DNA of 64,000 nucleotides from Spirochaetia bacterium (GTDB lineage: Bacteria; Spirochaetota; Spirochaetia; SZUA-6; Bin103). Location of the stretch: positions 2,432,001 through 2,496,000 of the forward strand of contig OZ241907.1 in the NCBI GenBank assembly GCA_965203515.1, in the 5' to 3' direction. Made by a program: the position numbers and the translations under genes. Below, one piece after another: positions 55,305 to 64,000 of the stretch. The first letter of the stretch is position 1, and each line of letters starts with the position of its first letter. A model generated the notes under the pieces. It saw nothing but the letters and a program-made list of their open reading frames with translations, was not told the DNA's origin and did not search any database.

Positions 55305-56653
55305 TGCGGATTCGGCGGCGCCTGGCCCCGCTGCCGCCTACGCCGCTCAACCGCCGCCGCATCGAATCGCGCGTGCGGTGGCTCGGCCCGCTGGTCCGCT
55401 ATGGCATGCGGCCCCTGGTGCGCACCACCTTCGGACCGTCCGAGCCGTTGCGCGAGCCGGCGCTGGTCCTGTCCAACCACTCCTCGTTCTGGGACCCGAT
55501 GTTCCTGTCGCTGGCCGCGGGGCGCGCCATCCACTTCCTGGCGACCGAGCTGGCGTTCTCCGGAGGGCCGGTCGGCTGGGTGCACCGCTTCTTCGGCGCG
55601 GTGCCGAAGCGCAAGTACACCGCCGATCCCCGCGCGATCCTTCGCCTGCGCCGCTGGCGAGACCTGGGCGGCTCGATCGGATTGTTCCCCGAAGGTGAAC
55701 GGACCTGGGACGGTCGGCCGCTGCCGATCCTGCCCGGCATCGAGAAGCTGGTGCGGGCGATGGATCTGCCGGTGGTGACCATGCGCGTGTACAACGGGTG
55801 GCGCCAGTCGCCGCGCTGGGCTGCGGCCTTCCGCCGCGGCCGCGTACACGTGGTGGTCGATCGGCCGCGGCGCTTCACCGACCGCGACTCCCTGCAGTCG
55901 ATCCGCCGCTACATAGAGCAGCGCATCAGCGTCGACGCCGAAACCGCGCCGTGCTGGCCGGTGCGCGGGCGGCGGTTGGCGGCCGGGATCGGCAACGTGC
56001 TGTTCGCCTGCCCCGCCTGTCTGCGGCTCGACGCGATCGACGAGCGCGGCGATACCGTCGCCTGCCGGCACTGCGGAGCGGCGTGGCGCGTCGATGCCGA
56101 GTGCCGGCTCCTGCCGGCCGACGGCGGCGACGCGATCACCCTGCGCGCGGCCGCCGACCATCTCCGCGGCCGGTTCCCGGAACCGTGGCTGCCGGCCGAC
56201 GGCGCGCTGCCGGCCGGCGAGCTGCTGCGCAGCGAGCCGGTCCGCCTCTACGACGTCACCGATCCGGCGCCGGCGCTGATCGCGCGCGGCCCGTTGGTGC
56301 TGACCGCCGCGTCGCTCCGCGTCGCCGGCGCGCCGTGGTCGATCCCGACGACATGGTCGATTCCGATCGCCGAGCTGCGCGCCGAGGCGGTCGATATCCG
56401 GCGGCGGCTCAACTTCTCTTCGCGGCGCCGCGTGTTCGAGGTGGTGATGCCCAAGGAGTCGGTGATCAAGTGGGAGCTGTTCCTGCGCCACGTCCGATCG
56501 CGGCATGTCCGATCGCGGCATTGCCGCGCACGCCGTCGTCGGACAGAATCCCGGCGAGATCAGCGGATGGGGCACCCAGCTTCGGCCCGTGGGGGCGCAG
56601 CTCACGGAACCGATCGCGCCGGCGCCGGAGCGCCGCCCGTGTCGGCCGCATGA
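55304..56653 (+). CDS. Lysophospholipid/1-acylglycerol-3-phosphate acyltransferase family protein with C-terminal CxxC-CxxC extension
   Basis: NHSSFWD (HX4D), FPEGERT, CPAC...CRHC. Confidence 0.85.
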   Translation: MRIRRRLAPLPPTPLNRRRIESRVRWLGPLVRYGMRPLVRTTFGPSEPLREPALVLSNHSSFWDPMFLSLAAGRAIHFLATELAFSGGPVGWVHRFFGAVPKRKYTADPRAILRLRRWRDLGGSIGLFPEGERTWDGRPLPILPGIEKLVRAMDLPVVTMRVYNGWRQSPRWAAAFRRGRVHVVVDRPRRFTDRDSLQSIRRYIEQRISVDAETAPCWPVRGRRLAAGIGNVLFACPACLRLDAIDERGDTVACRHCGAAWRVDAECRLLPADGGDAITLRAAADHLRGRFPEPWLPADGALPAGELLRSEPVRLYDVTDPAPALIARGPLVLTAASLRVAGAPWSIPTTWSIPIAELRAEAVDIRRRLNFSSRRRVFEVVMPKESVIKWELFLRHVRSRHVRSRHCRARRRRTESRRDQRMGHPASARGGAAHGTDRAGAGAPPVSAA

Positions 56654-58302
56654 CGGGCCGCGTGCGCGCCGCGCTGCTGGTCGCGCTGGCCGCGACGCCG
56701 CTCTGCGCCGGAGCCCAGACGCTGGTGTCGCCGAACGATCCGATCTACGACCACCTGCGAGTCTGGGAGCAACGCGGCCTCATCGACTGGCTGCCCCCGC
56801 TTCGGCCGCTGCCGGCGCCGATGGTGCGCGGCGCTCTGCAGCGGGTGGCCGGCTCCGCGCCGGCCATCGACCGTCAGATCGCCCGCAGCCTGTTGGCGCG
56901 CTACTTTGGGCCGCTGCCGGTGCAGGGCCGGGCGCAGATCGGCGGCCGATCGAAGACCACGGTGGCCGGCGGCATGCTGCCGGCGCAAATCGCGGCGCAG
57001 GTCGCGGCGGGCGTGCAGGTGCCGATCAGCGATCGGATCGGCTTCGGATTCTCCGCGCGGACACGGACGACCTCGATCGTGCCCGCTCCCGTGATGCCGC
57101 GGCTCACGCACGATCCGTACGACAAAACCGCGCCGGGCGCCCTCACCACGATCCTGGGCGAGGAATTCGACTTCCGCGTAGAGCTCGCCGGCAACGCTTT
57201 CGTCGGCGAGGCCGAGCCGGGGACCGGACGCGACGCCTGGTACGTGCAGGCCGGCTACGGACGAAGCTCGTTCGGCTACGGCGAAGACAGCACGATCGTC
57301 TCCGATGCGGCCGCTCCGGCCGGCTACCTGGCCGGGACCTACCGTGGATCCTGGATCGCCTATTCGGCGATGTTCATGGAACTGGTCGCCACCTACGGGA
57401 CCTGCAGCGGCGCCACCCCGGCCGGAGTCGCCTGCGACGAGCACGGCCGCTATTCGCTGCGCGAGCGCGCGCGGGTGGCGGACGGACGCCATCCCGGAAA
57501 GTATCTGGTGGTGCAATCGCTGAGCTTCTATCCCGCCGACTGGCTGGAGCTGACCGCGCTGCAGTCGGTGCTGTTCGGCGGACGGCTGTCGCCGACCTAT
57601 CTGCTGCCGGTATTCCCCAGCGTGTACACGCAGATGCAACTCGGCGACTACGACAACGCCTTCCTGGGGGCGGCCGCCCGCGTGCGGCTGCCGTACGGCG
57701 CTTCGCTCGGCGCGGTGCTCTACGTCGACGACATCAACCTGACGGAGATCCGGCGGTTCGACTTCGACTCCGACCAGAACAAGCTGGCGCTCGACCTGGA
57801 AGCCGGCATCGCCCCGCCGCTGCCGATCCTCACGGTCCTGTCGGCCCGCTATCGGATGGTGACGCCTTACCTGTACGCGCACCATCCGGCGGCGATCGAC
57901 TATCTGACGTATACCCACGGGGGGCGTCACCTGGGCACCATGCTCGATCCCAACTCCGACGAGATACGGGTGCGCGCGCAGGCGTTCCCGCTCGACTGGC
58001 TCGGCATCGACCTGTCCCTGCGCCGGGTGCGCCACGGCGGCCCCGCCGGCGGCTCGGTCTGGGACCACGGCCTGGTGGGCGGCTCCTTCGTGTTCTACGG
58101 GCCGTCGACGTTCCTCAAGCAGGACGTGTTGGAGCACCTTCTGCAAGCGCGGGCCGGCATCGACCTGCGCGTCGACCTGCAGCCGGTGGAGCTGCGCTTC
58201 GAGGTCGCCTACACCTACGAGCAGGTGAGCAACCGCGATCTGGTACCGGGCGCCGGCGAGCGGTCGCACCTGTTCGAGGTGAGCACTTCGGTACGCTACT
58301 GA
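56650..58302 (+). CDS. Probable outer-membrane beta-barrel protein (Wzi-like appearance)
   Basis: ATGA overlap; signal peptide ending AGA/Q; amphipathic strands; terminal aromatic residue (SVRY). Confidence 0.6.
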   Translation: MTGRVRAALLVALAATPLCAGAQTLVSPNDPIYDHLRVWEQRGLIDWLPPLRPLPAPMVRGALQRVAGSAPAIDRQIARSLLARYFGPLPVQGRAQIGGRSKTTVAGGMLPAQIAAQVAAGVQVPISDRIGFGFSARTRTTSIVPAPVMPRLTHDPYDKTAPGALTTILGEEFDFRVELAGNAFVGEAEPGTGRDAWYVQAGYGRSSFGYGEDSTIVSDAAAPAGYLAGTYRGSWIAYSAMFMELVATYGTCSGATPAGVACDEHGRYSLRERARVADGRHPGKYLVVQSLSFYPADWLELTALQSVLFGGRLSPTYLLPVFPSVYTQMQLGDYDNAFLGAAARVRLPYGASLGAVLYVDDINLTEIRRFDFDSDQNKLALDLEAGIAPPLPILTVLSARYRMVTPYLYAHHPAAIDYLTYTHGGRHLGTMLDPNSDEIRVRAQAFPLDWLGIDLSLRRVRHGGPAGGSVWDHGLVGGSFVFYGPSTFLKQDVLEHLLQARAGIDLRVDLQPVELRFEVAYTYEQVSNRDLVPGAGERSHLFEVSTSVRY

Positions 58303-58919
58303 TCCGCCGGTGCCCGATCCTGCGCCGGTGCCCGATCCTCCGGCGTCCGGTCAGCTTGCGCCGCGACGCGCCGAAGCACGTCGGCGAGCGGCGGGCTCAC
58401 GTCCAGCGTTGCGGCAAGCTCGCGGGCGAGGGGGGACATCTTGGCCCAGGTACGGCTGAGGACCCGCCACAGCGTCTTTGCATCCCGGCCCTCCGCGAAC
58501 CCGGCCAGCTCGGCCTCCAGGAACGACAGGCAGGCGGCGTCCTCCAGGACCTGCGTCTCCGCATCGCTGCCCAGCCCTTCCTTGCGGACCAGCGCGGCCA
58601 CCCGCTCGATCAGCGCGGCGGGAGCGCGCAGATCGTCCAGGATGGCCGCAGCCAGCTCGGCGTGATGGCGGGCGCAGGCGCGGCGCCAGCGCAGATAGCC
58701 GGAGCGGCCCTGCGGGTAGCGGGCGCGCGGGATGTCCCAGCGCCGCAGGTGCTGAGCGCGGACCGCGATCGCCAGCGCCGTCGACGGCCGCGTGGTCAGG
58801 CGGCCCATCCAGCAGGTCATGCGCCGCCCATATTCGACCGCCTGCCCTGACGGGTCCTCCGCGTTTGCCGCGTCGATGCGCTCGCAGGCGCGGCGGATCA
58901 GGTCAGCGCCGGCCGCCAT
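58296..58919 (-). CDS. DUF4202 family protein
   Basis: IDAANAEDP, RAQHLRRW.IPR..YP.GR.GYL.WR, LEDAACL.FL and TWAKMS. Confidence 0.85.
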   Translation of the reverse strand: MAAGADLIRRACERIDAANAEDPSGQAVEYGRRMTCWMGRLTTRPSTALAIAVRAQHLRRWDIPRARYPQGRSGYLRWRRACARHHAELAAAILDDLRAPAALIERVAALVRKEGLGSDAETQVLEDAACLSFLEAELAGFAEGRDAKTLWRVLSRTWAKMSPLARELAATLDVSPPLADVLRRVAAQADRTPEDRAPAQDRAPADQ

Positions 58920-58946
58920 GCGTGACGCCGCCCGGGACCGGCGCCG

Positions 58947-59531
58947 TCACTCGGACATCGAGATGAGCTCGTCCTTGACGCCCTGCAGCACCCGACCGTA
59001 GCGGTCGTCCACCATCATGAGCTGCTGGCGCATCAGCCCCACGTACTCAGGATCGGTCTGCGGGTTGATCTGCACGCGCTGGCCGGCCTTCTTGGAGAGC
59101 TCCGCCTCTTTCTGCTGTCGGCGCGGCTCGTAGGCGCGGTCGACCTCCTGCCGCATGCGGTTGCGCTCTCCCAGGTACTCCTGGAAGAACTGATCGAGCT
59201 GGTTGAGCAGCATCCTCAGCTTGCGGTGGTTGTCGCTGAGCGCGCGGAACCCTTCGCCGGCGAGGCGGCTGCGCTTGAGCGCGAACTCGTCGGCCGGCAG
59301 GGTGAGGTTGCTGAGCAGCGCGTCGCGAACTCCGTCCCGAACCCAGCCGGCCTGCTTGCCGTCGAACTGCTCCAGCAACCCCTCCAGGTCGGCCTCCGGA
59401 TCGCCGAGGTACCGCGACACCAGCTTCTTGCCTTCGGTGGTGAACTGGTTCTGCTCCAGGTTCTCCCGATCGGCGACGACGTCCTTGGTCCGCTCCAGGG
59501 CGATCTCCCATGAAGACTTGATGGTTCCCAT
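58947..59531 (-). CDS. Conserved hypothetical protein (DUF6657-like)
   Basis: MGTIKSSWEIALERT N-terminus; helical; AAGGAG RBS. Confidence 0.7.
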   Translation of the reverse strand: MGTIKSSWEIALERTKDVVADRENLEQNQFTTEGKKLVSRYLGDPEADLEGLLEQFDGKQAGWVRDGVRDALLSNLTLPADEFALKRSRLAGEGFRALSDNHRKLRMLLNQLDQFFQEYLGERNRMRQEVDRAYEPRRQQKEAELSKKAGQRVQINPQTDPEYVGLMRQQLMMVDDRYGRVLQGVKDELISMSE

Positions 59532-59556
59532 GCCGCACCTACTCTCCTTGCTTCGC

Positions 59557-59629
59557 TCGGGCTGGGCGGACTCGAACCGCCGACCCCACGCCCCCCAGAC
59601 GTGTACGCTACCAACTGCGCCACAGCCCG
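59557..59629 (-). tRNA. trnP: tRNA-Pro (GGG), CCA not encoded
   Basis: CGGGCTGTGGCGCAGTTGGTAGCGTACACGTCTGGGGGGCGTGGGGTCGGCGGTTCGAGTCCGCCCAGCCCGA folds as a cloverleaf; anticodon loop CTGGGGG; GTTCGA T-loop. Confidence 0.95.
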
Positions 59630-59737
59630 AAACGGAAGCGCCCGCATCGAACGCTCCGCCCGCTCAGTGTACCGCCGCGCGCGCGCGGCGTCCATGCCGC
59701 GCACGCTCGACCGACCGGCGACCGGTCCGCCCCCGCG

Positions 59738-60964
59738 TCAGCCGTCGCCGGCTGCCCGCTCGGTCACCATCGCCGCGGTGCGGGTCGACAGGCCATAGAG
59801 CTGTATGAAGCCGCTCGCGTCGCCGTGATCGTAGGAGCCGGCCGTGAACGACGCCAGCCCTTCGTCATAGAGGGAGTACGGCGACCGGCGGCCGGCCACC
59901 GTGATCCCGCCCTTGTACAGGGTCAGCGTCACCGCTCCGGTGACGCGCGTACAGACGCGCTGCATGAACGCGTCGAGCGACTCGCGCAACGTGGAGAACC
60001 AGTGGCCGCCGTACACGGCGTCGGCATAGGTCATCGCCAACTGCTGCTTGGCGCGCAGGGCGTCCGCCTCCAGGGTGAGCATCTCCAGCTCGCGCAGCGC
60101 CGCGTAGAGGATCGTGCCGCCGGGCGTCTCATACACGCCGCGGCTCTTCATGCCGACCACCCGCGTCTCCACGACGTCGGCGCGGCCGATGCCGTGCTCG
60201 GCGCCCAGCTCGTTGAGCCGCCGCACCAACTCGACGGCGCCGTGCGGCCGGCCGTCCAGCGTCACGGGGACGCCGCGCACGAACTCGACGGTGACCGCCT
60301 GTTCCCGGTCGGGAGCGGCCGCCGGCGAGACCGAGCGCTGGAACAGCGCCTCCTGCGGGCGCCGGCCGGCGTCCTCCAGGTCGCCGCCTTCGTGGCTGAG
60401 ATGCCAGACGTTGTCGTCCCGCGAATAGATGTTGCGCCGCGAGATGCCGGCCAAGTCGATCCCGCGGCGCTCCGCGTAGGCGATCGCGTCCTCGCGCGAG
60501 CGGATGTCCCACAGACGCCACGGCGCGATGATCGACAGATCGGGCGCGAGCGCCCGATAGGCCAACTCGAACCGCACTTGATCGTTGCCCTTGCCGGTGC
60601 AGCCGTGGGCAAGCGCGTCGGCTCCCTCGGCCCGCGCCGCCTCGACCTGTACCTTGGCCTGCAGCGGGCGGGCCGCGGAGGTGCCGAGCAAGTACTTCCC
60701 CTCGTAGACCGCTCCTGCGCGCAGCATCGGGAACAGATACTCCTCCACGAACTCGCGCCGCACGTCGCGCAGGATCAGCTTGACGGCGCCGGACGCGGAC
60801 GCCCGCGCCTGCAGCCCGGACAAATCGTCGGACTGTCCCACGTCCGCGCAGACCGCCACCACCTCCGCGCCCGGATAGCGTTCCTTGAGCCACGGGATGA
60901 TGATCGAGGTGTCGAGCCCTCCGGAATAGGCAAGGGCGATCCGTTTCACGTCGGCCGGTGCCAT
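59738..60964 (-). CDS. argG: Argininosuccinate synthase
   Basis: LAYSGGLDTS, HGCTGKGNDQVRFE and MKSRGVYETPG. ATG 60964 with AGGAG RBS. Confidence 0.97.
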   Translation of the reverse strand: MAPADVKRIALAYSGGLDTSIIIPWLKERYPGAEVVAVCADVGQSDDLSGLQARASASGAVKLILRDVRREFVEEYLFPMLRAGAVYEGKYLLGTSAARPLQAKVQVEAARAEGADALAHGCTGKGNDQVRFELAYRALAPDLSIIAPWRLWDIRSREDAIAYAERRGIDLAGISRRNIYSRDDNVWHLSHEGGDLEDAGRRPQEALFQRSVSPAAAPDREQAVTVEFVRGVPVTLDGRPHGAVELVRRLNELGAEHGIGRADVVETRVVGMKSRGVYETPGGTILYAALRELEMLTLEADALRAKQQLAMTYADAVYGGHWFSTLRESLDAFMQRVCTRVTGAVTLTLYKGGITVAGRRSPYSLYDEGLASFTAGSYDHGDASGFIQLYGLSTRTAAMVTERAAGDG

Positions 60965-60969
60965 TGACT

Positions 60970-62196
60970 TCACTCCTGCCGCTGCAGCCCGGACAGCGCC
61001 GCGTCGATGCGGCGCAGCCCTTCGGCCAGCTCGGCGGCCGAGATCACCAGCGGCGGCGCGATGCGCATCACGTCCTCGCCCGAGCGCAGCGCCAGCACCC
61101 CGGCGGACCGCAGCGCGGCCGCCAGCGCCTGAATGCGGGGCTGGTCACCGGCCGGCCCGCCGACGGTGCCGGGAACGTGCACGCCGCGCAGCATGCCGGC
61201 GCCGACCACCGGTCCCAGCCGGTGCGCCTCGCGCAGCGACTCCAAACCCTGTCGCAACTGCTCGCCGCGCTCGCGGACCGCGGCCAGGAACGCCGGGTCG
61301 GTGAGTACGTCGAACACGTGCGATGCCAGCGCGCACGTCACCGGTCCGCCGCCGAACGTGGTGCCGTGCTCGCCGAAGTGCAGCCGGTCGTTCACCGCCG
61401 CCGGCAACAGCACCGCCGCCAGGGGCAGACCGCCCGCCAGCGGCTTGGCCAAGGTGATGATGTCCGGCTCGAGCCCGATGCCGTCGGAGGCGAACAGGCG
61501 GCCGCAGCGTCCCAGGCCGGTCTGCACCTCGTCGGCGATCAGGATGACGTCGTGCTCGGCGCAGCCGGCGTTGAGCGCCGCGGCGAACTCCGGCGTCATG
61601 ACCGCCAGCCCCCCCTCGCCCTGCACCACCTCGACGATGACGGCCGCGAAGGCGCCGTCGAGCTTCGCGCGCAGCGCGTCGACGTCGTTGTAGGGGGCTA
61701 CCTCGACACCTGGCAGCATCGGCCGGAACGGCTCCTGATACTTGGGCGACGGCGTGCAGGCCAGCGCGCCGTAGGTCCGCCCGTGGAACGCGCCGGTGAA
61801 CGCGAGTATCTTGTGGCGCTCGACGTTGTCGGCGCCGCGATGGGCATACATGCGCGCGAACTTGATGGCCGACTCGTTCGCCTCCGCGCCGCTGTTCATG
61901 TACTGCACGGCCGCGAAGCGGTCGCCGGTCAGCTTCCCGGCAAGCTCCAGGGCCGGTCCGGTGGTGTACAGGTTGGAGACGTGCACGAGCTTGCGCATCT
62001 GCGCGGCGGCGACGTCCGCCAGGTCGTCGCGCCCGTAGCCGAGCGCGTTCACGGCGATGCCGGCGCCCAGGTCGAGGTAGCTCTTGCCGGCGGCGTCGGT
62101 GAGACGGCAGCCGGAGCCGCGGTCCAACAACAGCAGCTCGGCCGAGAAGGCGTTGGGAAACGGATGATCGGTGACGATCGCGTCCTTGATCTGCAT
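60970..62196 (-). CDS. argD: Acetylornithine aminotransferase
   Basis: GIAVNALG, NSGAEANE, FHGRT, VQGEGG, DEVQTG, LAKPLAGG and HGTTFGG; arg operon context. Confidence 0.93.
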   Translation of the reverse strand: MQIKDAIVTDHPFPNAFSAELLLLDRGSGCRLTDAAGKSYLDLGAGIAVNALGYGRDDLADVAAAQMRKLVHVSNLYTTGPALELAGKLTGDRFAAVQYMNSGAEANESAIKFARMYAHRGADNVERHKILAFTGAFHGRTYGALACTPSPKYQEPFRPMLPGVEVAPYNDVDALRAKLDGAFAAVIVEVVQGEGGLAVMTPEFAAALNAGCAEHDVILIADEVQTGLGRCGRLFASDGIGLEPDIITLAKPLAGGLPLAAVLLPAAVNDRLHFGEHGTTFGGGPVTCALASHVFDVLTDPAFLAAVRERGEQLRQGLESLREAHRLGPVVGAGMLRGVHVPGTVGGPAGDQPRIQALAAALRSAGVLALRSGEDVMRIAPPLVISAAELAEGLRRIDAALSGLQRQE

Positions 62197-62198
62197 GG

Positions 62199-63020
62199 TC
62201 AGGTTCTCCTCTGATGCGTGGTGTCGATCGGTGGCACGGCGATCACGGTGCCCCGCGCGCCGTCCAGAAGCTCGCGCAGCGCGCCCGCTGCGTCATAGTC
62301 GCCGACGTGCACGCGGCCGACGCCGGCGGCCACGGCGGCGATCGACGATCTGATCTTGGGGACCATACCGCCGGTGATGGTCCCCGACGCGATCTCTCCA
62401 TCCGCCGCCGCCGGGTCGAGCCGGCGCAGCACCGCCCCGTCCTTGCGGACGCCGTCGACGTCGGAGATGAACAGCAGCGCGTCGGCGTCGATCGCGGTCG
62501 CCACCTGAAAGGCGGCGGTGTCGGCATTGACGTTGACGCCGCCGCCGGTTCCGTCGTCGCAGACCGGACTCACCACCGGCACGTAGCCGGCATCGATCAG
62601 CGTGGCCAGCAGGCGCGTATCGACGCCTTCGATCCGGCCGGTGCGGGTACCGGCCGGCGCCGCTTCCGGACGGGCCGCCAGGGTCGGCCCGTCCGACCCG
62701 CAGATGCCGACCGCGCGCACGCCGGCGGCGCTCAAGGCGCGCACCAGCCGCTTGTTGGCGCTGCCGGCCAGCACCATGTCGACTACCTCCATCTCCGCCG
62801 CGGTGGTCAGCCTGATCCCGGCGTGGAAGCGCGGCTCGTGACCCAGGCGCCGACTCATCGCGGTCACCTCGGCGCCGCCGCCGTGCACGACGATCACCCG
62901 CCATGCGCCCGCCAGCGAGCGGAGCTCGGCGGCGAAGACGCTACGGAGCGCCGCTTCCTCCAACGCGCGGCCGCCCAGCTTGATCACGGCGGTCGGCGCG
63001 CGCGCGCCGGCGCCGGTCAC
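62199..63020 (-). CDS. argB: Acetylglutamate kinase
   Basis: VIKLGG, VVHGGG, NVNAD, SDVDGV and GGMVPK. Start GTG 63020 overlapping the argC stop. Confidence 0.93.
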   Translation of the reverse strand: MTGAGARAPTAVIKLGGRALEEAALRSVFAAELRSLAGAWRVIVVHGGGAEVTAMSRRLGHEPRFHAGIRLTTAAEMEVVDMVLAGSANKRLVRALSAAGVRAVGICGSDGPTLAARPEAAPAGTRTGRIEGVDTRLLATLIDAGYVPVVSPVCDDGTGGGVNVNADTAAFQVATAIDADALLFISDVDGVRKDGAVLRRLDPAAADGEIASGTITGGMVPKIRSSIAAVAAGVGRVHVGDYDAAGALRELLDGARGTVIAVPPIDTTHQRRT

Positions 63021-64000
63021 GGGGTACCGTGCACCGGCAGGCCGCGCGTCTCCGGCAGTCCCATGCGCAGGTTCATGGCCTGCACCGCCTGCCCGGCGGC
63101 CCCCTTGACCAGGTTGTCCAGCGCCGCGAACAGCAGGACCATGCCGCCGTCGACCCGCCAGGCGACGTCGCAGCGGTTCGATCCCCACACCGCCCCGGTG
63201 GCCGGCAGCCGGCCGGTCAGCAGCCGCACGAACGGCGCGTCCGCGTACGCGGCCTGCAGCGCGTCCCTCACCGCCTCCGCGTCGGCTCCCGCCGCGGCCG
63301 GGGCGGTGACGGTGGCGGCGATGCCGCGCTTCATGGGCGCCGTGTGCGGCGTGAACCAGAGCGAAGCGCCGGGGCGCACCGCCTCCATCTCCTGGACCAT
63401 CTCCGGTACGTGCCGGTGGCTGGTGCCCGGGTTGTAGGCGGCGGCGGTCTCGCTGCGGTCGCAGAAGGTCCACGCGGCGTCCGCCTTGCGGCCGGCGCCG
63501 GACAGCCCGGTGACGGCGCAGGCGACGATCGGGGCGCGCACCAGACCGGCCGCCAGGACCGGCAGCAGCGGCAGCAGGACCGCAGTGGGAAAGCAGCCCG
63601 GACTGGCGATCAGGTCGGCCGACCGGAGCCGATCGCGGTACCGTTCCGGCAGTCCGTACACGGCGCCGCCGAGCAGGTCGGGCCGTGCCGGCGGCTCACC
63701 ATAGGCGGCGGCGAACCGTTCGGGATCGGCGATGCGGAAGTCGGCCGACAGGTCGACCACGACCGAACGGCCCAGAAACGGCGCGAGCGTCCGCGCCGAC
63801 TGCAGGTGCGGCAGCGCGGAGAAGACCACGTCGCTGTCGGCTGCCGCGGCCGCCTCGACGGAGATCAGCGCGCCGCCGGGTACCGACGCCAACCCGCGCG
63901 GCGAGAGCTCGGGCACCGCCTCCGCGACCGGCGCGCCCGACCGGGAGCCGGACGCCAGATGCAGCGTCCGGACGTCCGGGTGCTCCGCCAGCAGGCGCGC
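63017..64000 (-). CDS. argC: N-acetyl-gamma-glutamyl-phosphate reductase (5' end outside window)
   Basis: FSALPH, VDLSADFR, VYGLPE, PGCFPT, GLSGAGRK, HRHVPE and DNLVKGAAGQAVQ. Confidence 0.95.
   Translation of the reverse strand, partial: ARLLAEHPDVRTLHLASGSRSGAPVAEAVPELSPRGLASVPGGALISVEAAAAADSDVVFSALPHLQSARTLAPFLGRSVVVDLSADFRIADPERFAAAYGEPPARPDLLGGAVYGLPERYRDRLRSADLIASPGCFPTAVLLPLLPVLAAGLVRAPIVACAVTGLSGAGRKADAAWTFCDRSETAAAYNPGTSHRHVPEMVQEMEAVRPGASLWFTPHTAPMKRGIAATVTAPAAAGADAEAVRDALQAAYADAPFVRLLTGRLPATGAVWGSNRCDVAWRVDGGMVLLFAALDNLVKGAAGQAVQAMNLRMGLPETRGLPVHGTP

Noticed and set aside
59557..59629. tRNA-Pro as integration site of the defence island
   Set aside because: No integrase, no duplicated tRNA 3' end noticed, and the flanking genes look like core genes.

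Overview
High-GC bacterial chromosomal window with about 48 genes. A free-living-type Spirochaetota is my guess, inferred only from the DUF6657-like gene and the style of the solute-binding-protein leader. In order: (1) housekeeping and catabolic genes, including an NCS2 permease fused to a degenerate RsbW-like HATPase domain; (2) a cell-surface glycan modification locus (amidase-SH3, GT2, a 1610-aa GT-C/deacetylase fusion, CE4 deacetylase, flippase-like protein, FemAB-like GNAT, methyltransferase, a second GT-C gene with a frameshift); (3) a nitrilase-family hydrolase, a Gfo/Idh/MocA oxidoreductase and a MoxR-DUF58-membrane protein-MoxR operon; (4) a carbohydrate ABC operon with three permeases and no ATPase; (5) a rearranged region holding a chimeric pseudogene scar, a third GT-C gene and a defence-type island (Schlafen/AlbA_2 + ParA, DUF262, type I RM hsdM-hsdS-[Schlafen/AlbA_2]-hsdR-M48); (6) a catabolic operon interrupted by a third Schlafen/AlbA_2 gene; (7) AAA/DUF4143, pyrE, an acyltransferase, a probable outer-membrane protein, tRNA-Pro(GGG) and argC-B-D-G. 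The best candidates for undescribed biology are a family of GT-C membrane proteins sharing a repeated ~100-aa two-cysteine module (FFLHV-P...NLDFDF...LPDY-IA-IRTGQ), with scars suggesting tandem shuffling, and three Schlafen/AlbA_2 paralogues, one of which sits in the PrrC-equivalent slot of the RM operon. No CRISPR array, integrase or transposase was seen. All family calls come from motif recognition by eye, not database searches.
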